A stretch of DNA of 64,000 nt, taken from Harriotta raleighana (Eukaryota). This document shows, piece after piece, positions 14,901 through 29,900 of this stretch. Where the stretch lies: contig JBNZDD010013718.1 in assembly GCA_050575255.1 (NCBI GenBank), positions 4,680,261-4,744,260 of the forward strand. Reading direction: 5' to 3'. A program made the position numbers and the translations under genes. Below the pieces are notes generated by a model that did no database searches, was not told where the DNA came from, and saw only the letters and a program-made list of their open reading frames with translations. The stretch's first letter is position 1. Each line of letters opens with the position of its first letter.

Positions 14901-17900
14901 TTTGAGGGATACATTTGGCCATTTTTCCAGCTTGTGGCATGGCAAAGAGGAAAGAAAAGAAAAAGTTAACACCTTGTTTTTAAAAAAAACTTATCTTCAG
15001 CCCAGCCAAATGCAATTTTTGGATGCTTATTCTTACTTGTAAACCGGCCAACAGAGTTCAGAATTGCTCACGCTCTTGCATGTATTCCATGAAACGTTTG
15101 GCTGACAGTATGTGATGTCTGTAAGGCAGTCTCAGGGTTCCTGTGTCTGAGTAAACTACTCAAGCTTGGCTCTCGCAACCTGATGCAATTAGACCACTTT
15201 GTGGTGTTACAGTCTCGTAACACTCTCAGCCAACTGTTATATCAAGCAGTAAGGTCAAAGATGAAACTCATATTCACTCAAGTGAGGGCCTCACTGTCAT
15301 AATGTGAAAGTTATTAGATAAATTACAGCTATACCTTTATTTCTGTGGCTGGTTGCGGGTCAGTCTCCTCCATTGTTAAGCTCTCTGGGATACTACCCGA
15401 CGTGANGGCTGCTACACAAAGTTATTATTGGTATCGACGCAGAATTGAAAATACAAGTCAAATACAGTAGAATCAAAAATGCATATTTAATACGTGCTAT
15501 GGTGGCAAACTGTTACAATAAACCCACAAACTCTCTGCCATCTACATCAACATACACTCTCCCTTCTCAAAAACTCTGCGTGAATTGCAGGAATATTTTT
15601 TCTTAAATGTTTCCACAAAATGATTTACAGCACTTCTTTTTGGCCGAAAAAAAATTAGTCATTTCTGGGAAGCAATTGGTAAAACTGAATACAAATTAAT
15701 AACAATATATGAAGCCAGTGTCAATGATCAGACTGGGTGGATTGACTGCATGTCTGCCTGGCATGCTCTTCAGGTGCTTTGAAAATATCCAGCTATTTTC
15801 CGACGGTTGTGAAATTAATATTGTGACAACAACAACAAAATTACACTAGTGTAACACCTTTCATAATAACATTCATTTCCTGTGAAATATAGTGCTCAAA
15901 CGCTTTTTATTATCAAATTTGATTTGATTTGGGCTGTTGAGCTGACTCTGTACCTACTGGAAGAAAAATGTTTGAAACGTAGCTTGATTTAAGACTGTGG
16001 CCTCAATGTGTAAGGGAATCCATAAACTGTATGAGTACATAATGTTGGCTCAAGAACAACTCAGCCTCAGGAGCTATATAAAAAAAATCACACTTGAATT
16101 TCTTTCCTGCAAAAAAAAATCATTAGATATATATCCATTTCCACAAGTGAAATCACAAGTCCAAATATTAGTAGCCACAGCAAAGTAAATTTGAACAATA
16201 GTGAAAGCGGCTAGTATGTACATGCCAGACGAAAACCGGATTTTCAGTGATCTAATATGGACAACGATAGCATGATTCATGTGCAGAAATTCCAAGGTAA
16301 TGCGATTTGGAATGAAAAGCTACATAGCCAGCAAGAGACCGGTACAGAATTAGAGAGTAGAGTTAATGCACGGACTGTGTAACTTGGGACCCTGGAATTT
16401 TATCAGCATGGAATTGAATTTCGCTCTGACCAGACCAAGTTCATACCCTTTCGAGCTCTTTCTGTAAAATTGTGGTTGCCTCCTCTGATTCTACACTGTC
16501 TATCTGGTGCCATCTGCAAATTGTGCTAAGTTACACTGAGCCATTCCAGGTCATTTATATATATATTGGGAGCAGATGGTGTTTGAACACAAACAACCTC
16601 ATAGATTTGTACAGATAGTAGAGGAAGCGGGGTTGATGTTTCAGATGGCTTTTTGTTTTGTCATGCTCACCAATATTCCCACTGCTGGAATGAACAACAT
16701 TCAAATTGTCCTTTTAGATTCTTATGTACANCAGATAGTAGAGGAAGCGGGGTTGATGTTTCAGATGGCTTTTTGTTTTGTTTTGTCATGCTCACCAATA
16801 TTCCCACTGCTGGAATGAACAACATTCAAATTGTCCTTTTAGATTCTTATGTACAGCGGTACTTCTTATTAAACTGTCTGAGCAGCTGCTGCTGTAAACA
16901 TATGGGGGAGATTTAACATTCAACAAATTGAGCTTCTTGTTTGCCAATTTGTGTTAAAGGTAAGAAAATGTGAACAAAACTTTTTTTTTTACAATTCGCT
17001 AACCATAGATTGGTATATTCTGTATCACTGATAATGTGGACTGTGTTGTATGGGTAGGAGGGGAAGGGGCAGGGCAGGGAACCCAAATCTAATCACTCTT
17101 TTTTCTCCCTTGCCATCTTAAGTCTCTGGTCACAGAGGGCTTTACAGAATATTATATTGCTGCTACATGAGAATGATTCATTTCAAATATATTAAACCTA
17201 AAATTCAAACTGAAGCAAAGTTACCAAATCTTTTTCCACTTGACAGCTTGGGGAAAAAAAACGAAATACAGTACAATGCTTGTATTCTTCAGGCTTCTTT
17301 CCACGTNGAAGCAAAGTTACCAAATCTTTTTCCACTTGACAGCTTGGGGAAAAAAAAACGAAATACAGTACAATGCTTGTATTCTTCAGGCTTCTTTCCA
17401 CGTTTTCCGCAAGTCTTGTTAATGTACTGAGGAGGCGAGGGTGGTATATCTCTCTCTCTCTCTCGTACGAGTTATGTAAGTAGCTTCATGATTCCACTAT
17501 AGACACACTTCATCAAAGTCATTGCAAACTGCTGGCAAGAGGAATTTCAAATTGTCTAAATCTTTTCCAGCAGTAATTTGGGATTGGAAAGAGACCAAAT
17601 TCAAATTCTGCCCATTCTTACTTTTAGCCAGTTTGATCTCTCACAGCAACCAATTAGTCTGACAGAATGAGTGCTTATTCCTGCAGGATCGTTTGACCCA
17701 ATGAAAACATGATATTAGTGTGCAGTTGTCGATGTTTACACAACTGCCAATTTTCCACAAAACAGCAATACGATCATGTTGAATATTCAAAGGTCACAAT
17801 AGATGCATTTTCAAGCGAGCGTTTTTTGGAAGGTTACAAGTGATTGCTCCCTATCCCCTGGTCACTGCTCAGTTTCTATCTGGGGGACACGAGTCCAAAG

Positions 17901-20900
17901 TCCAGTCTGATCTGTTAATATCAATGAGCGTTGGTTTTGGCATATTTATGAGGGTAAGAATGAAATACTGCAGAGCACTAGGGATGGATGCTTCTGATGG
18001 TACATTTACCCCAAACCTGCAACCGCATCGAATGCTGTGGCCTTCACTTTCCACTACTTTGAACTGAGCATGGAGTGGTTGAAGGTGAACAACTTTCAAA
18101 TTCACAGTGGGAAGAAAAAAAAGGAAGTGTGCTGTTCACCAGAATTGATTTAAAGAGTAATTTTAAGTTCTTGCCACATTCTGCACATTCAGAAAATAAA
18201 AAAGAAGCATTTCAATGGTGAGGTAAAATAGATTGTTGCAACAGTCTGCAACAATTCTGACATGTATGGATAGCATTTATAATATTCGCTGAGTAGGTTC
18301 AGCATTCCCAGCTAGTCACTAAATCTGCTGTTATACCCTGGCTAGTCACTGATGACATTTTCTGCCGCCTGCCCATGTTTTTTTGGGGCTGGATTTAAAC
18401 TCGTAAAGTGAAAATGCGGGTGTTTGTAACAATGGTTTGAGCCAGTTACGTTTAAGTTAAAAGATTTAAGTTAAAAGATTTGGGTATTTCCACAATTCCA
18501 CCATGATGAAAATAAATGCGCACTTCTTGCAACTCTGATAATGATGTGGAAAACATGCTTATAGAAATGTTGACATCTGATCACAATCATTGTTAATTTG
18601 TATACTGAGAACTTGCTACGCACCAACAACAGTGCTGAGTACAATTAATCTGAGCTCTCTTATAGTTCAGAGTGGTTGATAACAGTAACTGACCTATTGA
18701 AGGCACTTCAGATAAGATCACTTTCTGTCATTAAAAGATTAGGTTTTAGGTTTCTCAGGGGCAGGTGGGAACCTGTATTAGGTTTCAAATACAGTACTAC
18801 GGAATTTTCGAGATAGGACTTATTCTCATTCAAATTCAATTTATCAAAGAGCTGGAGAGTGATTCAAAAAGTGTGATAGAGATATTGAATAATATTGTTT
18901 TATCTACAATTTGGGAAATGCATCATTGTACTCTCAGTCCAGGATCTTGTAGTAGTGTTATGAAAATAAATGCAGCTTGGAATGTGTACATGCATTTCTG
19001 CTTCAAACGCAAAACTGTTGCTCAGGACACTTCTTGTCAACACTGTTTCCAAACATTTATTTTCAAACATCTTTCTTCTCGGCAAGATTTGCAAACTGAC
19101 TTAATTCGACATTCCTTATCTTTGTGTGCCAGCCACTCTTGTGGAATATTGCTGTGCTGGGAATATTTCCTGAGTAATCATTTTTAATAATAACAATTAT
19201 AATGCTTGCATTTGATATAGCACCTTATCATCTCAAAGTGTTTCACAAGATATATTGTCATATAATAGTAATCCTTGCATTTGATATATAGTAGTGCTTT
19301 TCACATCTTCTAGACGTCTTAAAGCGCCCCACAGAATATGCTGTAAAGTGAATTGACTGTATATTTGTGGGCGTAACATGGTAGCCAATTGCGCACAGCT
19401 GAGTCTCACAAACAGTCATGGATTGAAGTGTCCAATTGATTATTGTACTTTTTAGGGATTATTGTTATTGGAGTAAGGAAACCTGCCCAATGTTTTACCC
19501 TGCCTGGAATTGAACCCAGATCTCTCACTTACAAGGCGAGTGGTCTAACCACTGAGCTACAGGACCCCAAAAATTAGACCTTCCCCACCCCTCAATTTGA
19601 AACAGTGGAACATATATCTTTTTAAAAATACTGAACAATAAAATTATGTTGTCTGTAAGTTTAAATTAATCAATTGATTGCAATAGGTTCTTAATACTGT
19701 AACAAGTTCCCCCTGATGTGAAAGGGGCGACATAAATGCAACTTGTTGCTGTGACAATATGCATTCAATGGAAACGGTTGAAATAAAATCAGTAAAGTGG
19801 ATTGACTGTGTATTTTGTGGGGGAAAAAAAGTTTTTTGACTTGTTATTTCACATTTGAGTTTTATAGATTCCCAAACAATATAAAGGGGCTGCACTCTAC
19901 TTGTAACATTATATCAAGGGCATCGGTAAATCAGCAGACAATTATATTTTTCTTAATGTTCAAATTTTGGGGATTAAGTCTCATTCAGTTTTTAAGTTTA
20001 CATGCTATCAAATATAAATTGAGTCGTGATCGAAAGTAGTTTGGGATGTAATGTTACAGATACATATTTAATATGGATTTGGAACCTATTTTACTGTAAT
20101 ACAGTNAAAGTAGTTTGGGATGTAATGTTACAGATACATATTTAATATGGATTTGGAACCTATTTTACTGTAATCCTCATCGAACATGACTATCGATTGC
20201 GAATTTAAGTATATGAGATGAAACAAAAGCATTTTTTTGTGCAGCTCACTCAAAACTTGTGTATACGAGCTGACTGACCCCCACGCATGCGCACTTGTGA
20301 GGACGCAGATTGCTTCCGATTAAATCCGATGATTCCTCGGCTGGTTGGTCCCGAATGCATGCGCACTTTTGACGGCAGATCCCGACTAAATCCAATGATT
20401 CCTCGGCTGGCTGGCCCCGCACGCAATGCATCCTTGGGTAACTCTTCGATGACTCTTTGGCCTCAGAGCATCCTGATGACATTGTATGGTAAACAGAAGA
20501 GACAGAGAGAGAGAGAGAGAACTTCTTCGAAAAGTAATGTAGAGTATATAGCAATAAAGAGATAACAAAGCCGGATCCGGTCACCTGCGTCTCTCTACAC
20601 CCCACCCACCCCGTCACAGCTCTCTGCACCCCTCTCGCCCCCGAGCAGCTCTCTGATCCCCCTGAGTGGCTCTCTGCTCCCCCACGCCCCCCCACCCCCC
20701 CATCTCTGCTCCCTGCCACCCCAGGGTGGCTCTCTGCTCCCCACCCGCCCCCCCTAGTGGCTCTTTGATTCCCACCTGCCCCTGAGCAGCTCTCTGCTCG
20801 CCCCCCCAGCCAAAGGGGCTCTCTGCTCCAATGCCCCCAGCCCCCGAGCGGCTCTCTGTTCTCTGCTGCTTGAGGTAGGTAGCCTACGACTGGATTCCCC

Positions 20901-23900
20901 TAATCCCCCTTTTTCCATTACTTGTTAAGCTTACCCAATGCAATTTTATCAAGTACGCAGTTTTCCAGAAACGTAACCCCTGCGATCGACGAGGGTTAAC
21001 TGTAATATGTTTCAGTAAAGCACAACTGGGGATATATCACAATGGAGGGAATGTGTGTGTGTTTCAGTATGGAATAGAACAGGCTCCAATGTGAAATCAT
21101 AAACAGACTAGAACAATAAAAAATGTGATTTGAAACAGAATATTCCAAATAGTCTGTGAGGAGAATCTAAATAGGGAATCAGTGACCCTGTCAAATCAAT
21201 TATTTTAGTCTGTTGCTCAGAAGTTTACTCTTCCCTCTTCTTAACTGCACGTTTCATGTTGAATGCTATTGTCTAATTTTTTTTCTCACAATCTTTGCAG
21301 ACCAGGTATATTGCAATGAAGGACAGTGTGGTCCAGTTTATTTTCTATCAACCCATCAGCCATCAATGGAGAGAGACTGATTTCTACCCCTGCACAGTGA
21401 CCTGCGGGGGAGGTAAAGTCATCAAACGAAAATCAAACCTGATTTTTGTTTCAATAAATTTGTTTGGACAAGAATATTTTGCACCGTATTATACTTGTCA
21501 ATCCAACTTATTCTGGAGACCAATTATATGCTTCAAAGTCCCCATTCTTCACATGAGCCTAAGCATTGCAGCAGTCAATTTCTATTCATTGATAAATTTA
21601 CGAATCTTTCCGGAGCACACATCAGGTTTTCCACTTGTACATCTAGAGTCAGTAAATTTAACATCCAGTGGCGAATGATTAAAATCCATTGCAAATAAGT
21701 TATTGCTGTCAATCAACTTCATAACCAGAAAGAGCTAAACAGATGCTTGGATATGAAAAAGATTGGAAGTTATAGTGATAATTATGAATGGCCACATACT
21801 CGATAGATTCATCTAATGACTCTGGTCTTATTGGGAGGATGAGACTCTGTGAAGTGGTTTCAATCAAGGTTGAATAATGTAAATTATAATTTAGATGACT
21901 GCCTTTCATTTTTGTTTCATTTCATGTGCATCTGGAAGGAATCATTGAGTTTTCCTTTTTTTAAGTTGCTTTAGCTGTGGTTATTTATCTTATTTGGAGA
22001 ATTTAAAACGATAGTTTTTTGTTGTTAAGATTATGGCGATAAAGCTGCTCTTGACATTTGATTCAATAAGCATGCTCCACAAGACAATGTTTGCCGTATG
22101 AAACTGTTGCTTTTCATTCACTTAGGTTACCAGCTTAGTTCTGCTGAGTGTATAGACATACGTTCAGCTCATGTCGTTTCTGAACACTACTGTAAATACT
22201 ACCCAGAAAATAAAAAACCCAAACCTAAACTGCAGGAATGCAATATGGATCATTGCCCTTCCAGGTATGTTTACAGATGAGCATTGCTGGTGTCCTACTG
22301 TCAAATTGGCTTATTAACAATTCTTAGAAAGAAAATGTTTTTGTTATGGAGCCACAGAAATTTATAGCACAGAAGAAGGCCATTCGGCCAGTTGTGTAAG
22401 TGCTGGCTCTATTTAAAGAGCAATCAGAGTCCTGCTTACCTTCCCCCATTCCCCTTATAGGGTTGATTTATAGCCATAGAATTTGCAATATCAATCATGA
22501 TCTATTATTTCCTATTCATGGGGAAAAAATGTGTGTGTGTATCTGCAAAATGTTGGGTAGCCTGCTGAGCTAAAAAAAAAGGGCTGACCTCCAGGTCATT
22601 AGGTTGCCACTAACTTGTCTTGCTGCTCAACACACAAGGAGTGAACTAACTACTTGGTAGTTAACCATTTTTTTTAAGTGAGCAGGAAGCCAATTTTGAC
22701 CTAAACCAGCTGGCTTCCGGCCTGCATTTTGGGATTTCTTTGGTGAGCAGATCCAACCCCAATCATCCTAAAAAGAACCCACATTGTAACAAAGTAGTCT
22801 GTGTACAAACTGTGTAGAGTACTGTGTACAATTTTGGTCATCACACTTTAGGAAGGATATTAAGGCATTGGAAAGGGCGCAGAGGAGGTTTACTCGGATG
22901 GTACCAGGAATGAGGGACTTCAGCTAAGAGGAAAGGCTAGAGAGGCTAGGTTTATTCTCATTGGAACAGAGAAGGTTGCGAGGAGACCTAATAGAGGTTT
23001 TTAAGATCATGAGGGGCTTCGACAGAATAGATAGGGAAAACCTGTTTCCGTTGGTGGGCATATCAGTGACTCATGGTCACAGATTTAAAATAGTTTCAAA
23101 AAGAAGCAGTGGGGAGGTGAGGAGAATTTTTTTTTCACTCAGCGAGTTGTTCGAATCTGGAATGCCTGAAAAGGTGGTGGAGGCCAATTCGATAACAAAT
23201 TTTAAAAGAGAGGTAGACATTTATTTGGGGAGGAAGGGTTTGCGAGGTTATGGGGAAAGAGCTGGGGAGTGGGATTAAATTGCTCTCTTTAAAGAGCCGG
23301 CACAGACTCGATGGGCTGAATGGCCTCATTTTGTGCCGTAAGATTCTATGAAGTGTATTATTAGCAGAGTTCTGCTGTAGATGCCATTTCTACAAAAAAT
23401 GGACCCCATTTGTGACTGCCAAACCAAGTGGACCACTTATGTATCTCTCAACCCCTACACTGTCGTACAGCATATTTGTGTTAATACCAAGACGCATACA
23501 ATTTTGTTTTCACACTATAGTTTAGCACATTGTAATATTGTATTGTAAAATATAACTATGCAATTGAATTTCTAAACATGCATGTAAATGTTTATTTAAA
23601 TGGTGCTTATTCTCTCCCACAGTGATGGTTTCAAACAACTTGCAATTTACGATCATTTTCAGCCACTTCCTCGGTATGTATAGCTTTAGATCATCTAAAG
23701 TTGTGAGAAATGTAGGATTTCTATAATATGTTCAGTTAGCAAGTCTCAAAATAACAATGTGATGCATTTTTCAAATAATTTAATGTACGAATAAGTTACT
23801 TCTGAGGTCTAGAAACAAAACATTTAAAGAAAGCTGATTGGAACCTATTTGTCAGTCGATCGCTTTCCAGGGGTAATAATCCCTTAAAAAAAAATATTTT

Positions 23901-26900
23901 GAACACTCAATCCACAACTGTTTCTAGGACACTGTTGTGTGCAGTTCGCTACAGCGTTTGGCCCACAAAATATACAGTCAAAATATACAGTATACTGTAT
24001 CTTGTGAAGCACATCGAGGTGTCTCAAATCACTTTATGATGTAATAAGGTGCTACTGTATATCAAACACAAAGATAAATTTTCCTGAAGAACATGTTGGA
24101 TTACTCTTTCATTTCTCACAACCTTACAAAAATTGTTTTGTAAATGCTGTGATTTAGATTTCTGTTAACAATCTGAAATAATCAGTTAAAACTCCTTTTT
24201 CTATTTGTCTCTTGGTTTACAAGGCGATGACAAGCTTGTTATAAAGGCTTAATAGGAAACCTCAGCCAGATCCTTCAAGTGGCTGCGACCAATTTTCTTT
24301 CAGTTGGTTGTTTTGCCATTTAGCTGTTTGAGGAACTCTTTATTTTTCCTGTCTTCGCCTTTTCAGGAAATCAGTAAAATTCAATTTGTTTGTGCCCCTA
24401 ATTGAATTAATGCATTATGCTGTTTGTTTCTATTTAAAGTCTTACTGCGGTGTTGCCTGTTTTTTTTTACTGTTTGAAAAGTGAGCAGATTATTAACGTA
24501 CTGCCTAGAGGCAGAGGCAAATTCCAGGATTCCCTGATACTGCTGCTTTGCAACTATTTTCAGATGTTTTGCAAGTTTACGATTTCATCGGTACATCTTA
24601 AATGAGCTTAGGCTTCATGTGATTTATTTGGCAAACGATTTTTGCATCATTTAACTTGAAAATAAGTGGTGACTTTTGACATCCCACATTTCTTGCTGTG
24701 TTTTAGAGGTGTTTACTGAGGATAGCGAACAATTGATTCATGAAGGTTAGTTTGTTTGTGCAATAAAAATAAAGTAGGAGTTTAGAATTCATTAATTGGG
24801 AAGCTGTTAATTATACAATATTCTAAATTGGACAATGTCCCTGGATATTTGTTAATCCTGGATGATGCTTCTTAGCTGTACACTATATTTGTTGCGAAGA
24901 TTGTACAATATTTAATGGTGTAAAAATTACCTCAAGTAACCGAGCACAGTAAAATAATGAGTCTCCATAATCATGACGAAATGAAGAAAGATCTGCAGTC
25001 CCCGAGACGAAATGTAAAAAAAAAGTGCTTTTAAACATCTTTGTTACTGCTAAACAAAACACACAGTCACTACACTTTACAATATATCCCGTGAAGTGTT
25101 TTGAAACATCTTCCCAAGGTGAAATGCGCAATAACAAATGCAGGGGTGAGCTTGGTGGCTCCATATTTCCCTCACAACAACATTCCATCCTTCAGGATGT
25201 CTTCCGACTACTTATTTGCTACGTTTTTTTTCTAATCAGTTGGGAGACCAACCCTTGGACTGCGTGTTCTATGTCCTGTGGAGGTGGAATGCAAAGGCGA
25301 AGTGTTTCTTGTATTGAAGAGAATATGTACGGAGAAATTAATCAGGTGGCGGAGTGGAAGTGCATGTATGCATTGAAACCACTGTTAGTCGAAACCTGCA
25401 ATCTTTTTGAATGCCCAAAGTGGAGAGCCATGGAATGGTCACCGGTAAGAAATCCAGCCCTTTTCTGCTTCACTCTATTGTTTTTCTTGATGCAGGTGCA
25501 TAAACATAAGCTTGGATGATACTTTATTTTAAGTGCCCCCCCCGTTCAATGTTTTAACCATGAAAAACTTAAACCTTTGTGAAGTGACGTCAGTGATGCT
25601 TCATACATATAGCTGGCCGGTGCAGGGTGCAAGGAGTGACTTCAGTGATGCTCCCTGTATTTGCGCGGAGTTCGCAGGAAGTGACCTAACTGTCCAGATG
25701 TTGGCTGATACTTCTGATGAGAAACAGGTTAGTCAGTTAGTTTGGGCATACAGCAGACAGCAGCGAGACAATGCTACAGCGAAAAGCAATATAACAGGGT
25801 TCCCCTGTACATGCAATAAAAATCACATGAATCAGTTCATTTGGGAGCGTAATAGTTGATATAACTTGCACAATCTTTGAGTCTTGAACAAACTGCTGTT
25901 TAAAGTCCAATTTAATCAATAGGCAATTGTACAATAATAATAATCCTTGCATTCAAGATAGCACTTTTCACGTCTTCTCAATGTCTCAAAGCGCTTCATA
26001 GTCAGTGTATCTATCTGTCTGAGAAAAACAATAAAAACTTAATTGTTAATGTGTAGAACTTGTAACATATTTGGGACCCTACTGTGATTATTGATTTAAC
26101 TACTCATACGAGTCTAACCTTTATATTTTTTGTAAGCAAGACGCTGGTAAGGTTCTCTTTTGTTTCCTTGTAGTGCACAGTAACATGTGGTCGAGGTCTG
26201 CGCTATAGAGTCGTATTGTGTATAAACCACCGAGGGCAGCATACTGGCGGATGTAACCCACTGCTAAAACCATACATAAAAGAGGAATGTACTGTGCCAA
26301 TTCCATGCCATAAAACCAAAGGTAATTTATGCAACAAACTGTAAGTTCCTAGGCGATGGACTTTATTGTATTTCTGCTCAAAGGTATATAAAAAGAAACT
26401 GCTTGTGTTTTGTTTTGGGTGGTACAAAAATACCTTACTGGGAAGTCAAATCAGCAGATCGGGGATCGAGGCAAGAGATCAACCTCAAGGAAGTGCGTAC
26501 TTGTAAATATTTTGAAACCAAGCCATCCATGTCGACAAATTTCATTTCAACCAAGTACAGCTCCATCTGTGGCCAATGAACTGCAACACTGGTGCGTTAC
26601 TGAAACACCTTTCATAGAAATCCAGGGACCATGTTCTTCCACTGTTCTAAGCCAGTGGGGGAGAATAACTCTCCATAGATGCAAATCGAACAACCTGGTT
26701 TTAAACCAGAATCTAGAGGAAGGAATTTCTTGCCCAATAATATTTTGCACATTTAATATAGAGGAAGTAGTGCATTAAAATGGCGTGGAAAAAATGTGTT
26801 CCTTATTGAATGATATTTAAATTAATATCGCTTTCATCGAGTCTGGGGACCTATATGTTTGATTTATGCTTTGGTATTTCCAGAAAAACTTCCTGTGGAG

Positions 26901-29900
26901 GCTAAAATACCCTGGATTAAACAAGCTCAGGAACTGTTGGAACCCAGAGCAGAATCTGAGGAGCCAACGTGAGTTCCTAAGCTTTGGTTTTTACATTCAT
27001 GTTCTGCATAATGCTGCATCTGTTCAGCCATGACGCAATTTTCTGCAGGGAAAGTGCCCATAAGAGACTGGAATTTACGCAAATGTACATTGGATTTTGT
27101 AAAACTACTGGAAACTATTCACCATTGTTTTAATTGAGAAAAATCGTCTTGTTGTATTTCAAAGTCACTCATCTTTACTCAGGGGACGGGAGGGGCCAGG
27201 AGGTGGGTTATGCGAACAAACATAACTTTTTTATTTAACCAGAAAAGGCCATACAATTCTCCCACCTTAGAGGATTTTTACCGAAAAAATACACAGTTTA
27301 CATTAAATCCTGTGAAACACTTTGAGACATCCTTCACATGTGAAAGGCCCTCTATCGTTGCAAAAAAGATCCCTTTGTTATCAGATCACATCAGAATATC
27401 AATCTTTCCACACTACTTGATGGAAGTATAATTAGCGTTTGACGCACAAAATAAACAGTCACTGAAATTTATAATACAGTATATGCAATGCAGTGCTTTG
27501 CAATGACATCTCAATGCTACATCAAATTCAAGAATGATTGTTATTATGATTATTCTGATGCTTTTTATTATAATAAAGCTACCCTGCGAGCTGTGACATT
27601 TATTGTTCACTGGTATCATTTACAGGTTTATTCCTGAGGCGTGGTCAGAATGCAGTACCTCCTGCGGAGCTGGCAACCAAGTGCGCGTCGTGAAGTGCCT
27701 TGTTTTTCTCTCATTCTCTCAAACAGAAGAGGAACTTCCAGATGAAGAATGTGAAGGAAACAAACCCGCTGGCGAGCGGGTCTGTAACCTCGGACCTTGC
27801 GACGGGTTCACTGTGTTTTCCGAAGCCGAAGATTTCCACTACGGCGACAACAATGAGATGGAAGAACATTTGGATTGGGAGTACGAAGGCTTCACCCCAT
27901 GCTCAGCTTCATGCGCAGGAGGTAACGTTGAAACTTTCCAGCAACAACTGTGCGAAAAAAGTGTTCTGACCCCCCTGCCCCCCTCCCCCCCCCCCCCACA
28001 CGCCATCCGACCAGAAAGTGTTTGTTTGTCTTAGCTGTGAATTTCATTAATTCTTCACCAAATTGCTGGATGGAGTACAATACACAACTCTTATACAGAA
28101 TTATATTTGTTTAGTGTCCCTGATGTCGGGAGGACGTTCCAAGGTGCTGACAAATTCAAAGATTTGAATTCCAGTGAGGTGTCGGCATCTTGGGATAAGG
28201 GAGGTTGGAGAGTAGGAAGGTGGCTGTATCTTGTAATTGGAAAGCATTTTACCTCCATACAAAAATAATAACTTTTCAGCAGCAGCAATAGATCCTTGGA
28301 GTAAGCATACTATTTTTCAGCTAATACTGGAGCTGTATTGAGGCACTTCAAAGAGTCTAGTCCAGAAGGGAGGAAACTGCACGGAAGTCATTGCAGAAGA
28401 ACAAATAATACACTATATACAACCCAAATCCATACATTATATTACATACATTGGTGTCAATGTTTAACTCTAGGTTTAGATGTCACAGAAACTGACATCA
28501 AAATGTGACTCATAAAATCATATTCAATCGTGTGGCTGATTTATTATGTGTGCTGGACCAAACTGTGCATAAGTTACCATTGTGCTATGAACTGAACCTG
28601 TTTGTGTGATTTTGATTCCTGAACTGTTTTTTGTTTCAACTGTTAGGGAAACAAGAGACTATAGTTGTGTGCCTTAATATGCAGACACACAAAATTATGG
28701 TCGACCGATTGTGCGATAGCTTCAAACGTCCACCCCATATGGTTCGAGCCTGCAATGTTGAGCCTTGTCCTCCCAGGTATGTGCTTGCCTGCAAATCTAT
28801 AAAAAGAGAAAAAAAAACTCATGCTTTAGATTTTTTTTTTTTAAATCTGAAAGCCTGGATTATGCATTTTTCCCTGAACTGTAGAGAGAGAGAGATCTCA
28901 GCACTTGTGGTTTAGTGACTCTCCTGATTCAGATTTAGGAATCCCACCAAGTTTTATTCTTTCTCATTATCCTACTAGACGTGATGGTCCTAATGTTATT
29001 AATGAAGCAAATCTACTAATGGACTGCTTCTAACTGACAACTGACCAACCAGCAATGCTGACGTACAAAAAATTACAAAGCCAAACAATTGAAAGACGTT
29101 TGAAATGCCTTGATTCTGAACAACCAACCATGTGTCAACAAATATAATCACTTCACTTTACAGAAACCTTGTGAAATATTTTGAGGTGTTCTCGACAATG
29201 GACCATATATTATTAGGATTATTCTTGTTATTCATGGGCACCCTTTCATAAGGGCACCCTTGATAAATGTAATTTTGTTGTTGTTGTTGTTGTTCATTAT
29301 GTGCATATGTTAACCATCTCTTCTGATAGGTATTGCGTCTTTCTATATTAAAATCCATCTGCCATACCTCAGGCTTTCCAAGTACAGCTTGGTTAACATC
29401 ATCTTGAGTGTTATTCATCTCCATTAAGTTTGTCAACCTGGTCTGTTATCACCAGCAATTACTATAATAAGACTGTACATGAAGTTACCCTCCGCCAAGA
29501 TATTTATGAATAGTATGAACAGCAAGGGATCAGACCAGGTCCCTGAAATTTCTGTTTATTATTGTCCAGAAACAAATTCCTTCAGTTATTCTCACTTGCT
29601 GATGCCCATCGATAATGTACAATGCACTGTCCATCCAGCTAATTTGCGTGTAATCCCATAAATTTTGCAAGACTTTCAAAAGTCTCAACACTTTGGGGTA
29701 TTTTTCCCTGAACTGTAGAGAGAGAGAGATCTCAGCACTTGTGTTTTAGTGACTCTCCTGATTCAGATAATCTGCAATCTGCAATAATCTGAATTGTGCA
29801 CATTAAATTGTATAAAATTAAATTGTATTAGATTGTGCAATGCTATTATGTTACGACATGATGATAGCGCTAACTGTTACTTCAGTAGCTATTGAAATGC

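Noticed and set aside
17840-18105. Opposing short ORFs as a nested gene
   Set aside because: No recognisable motif and no chain of splice-compatible exons.
22961-23278. 105-aa ORF as a host gene
   Set aside because: It is a CR1 ORF2 remnant with an upstream stop and a frameshift.
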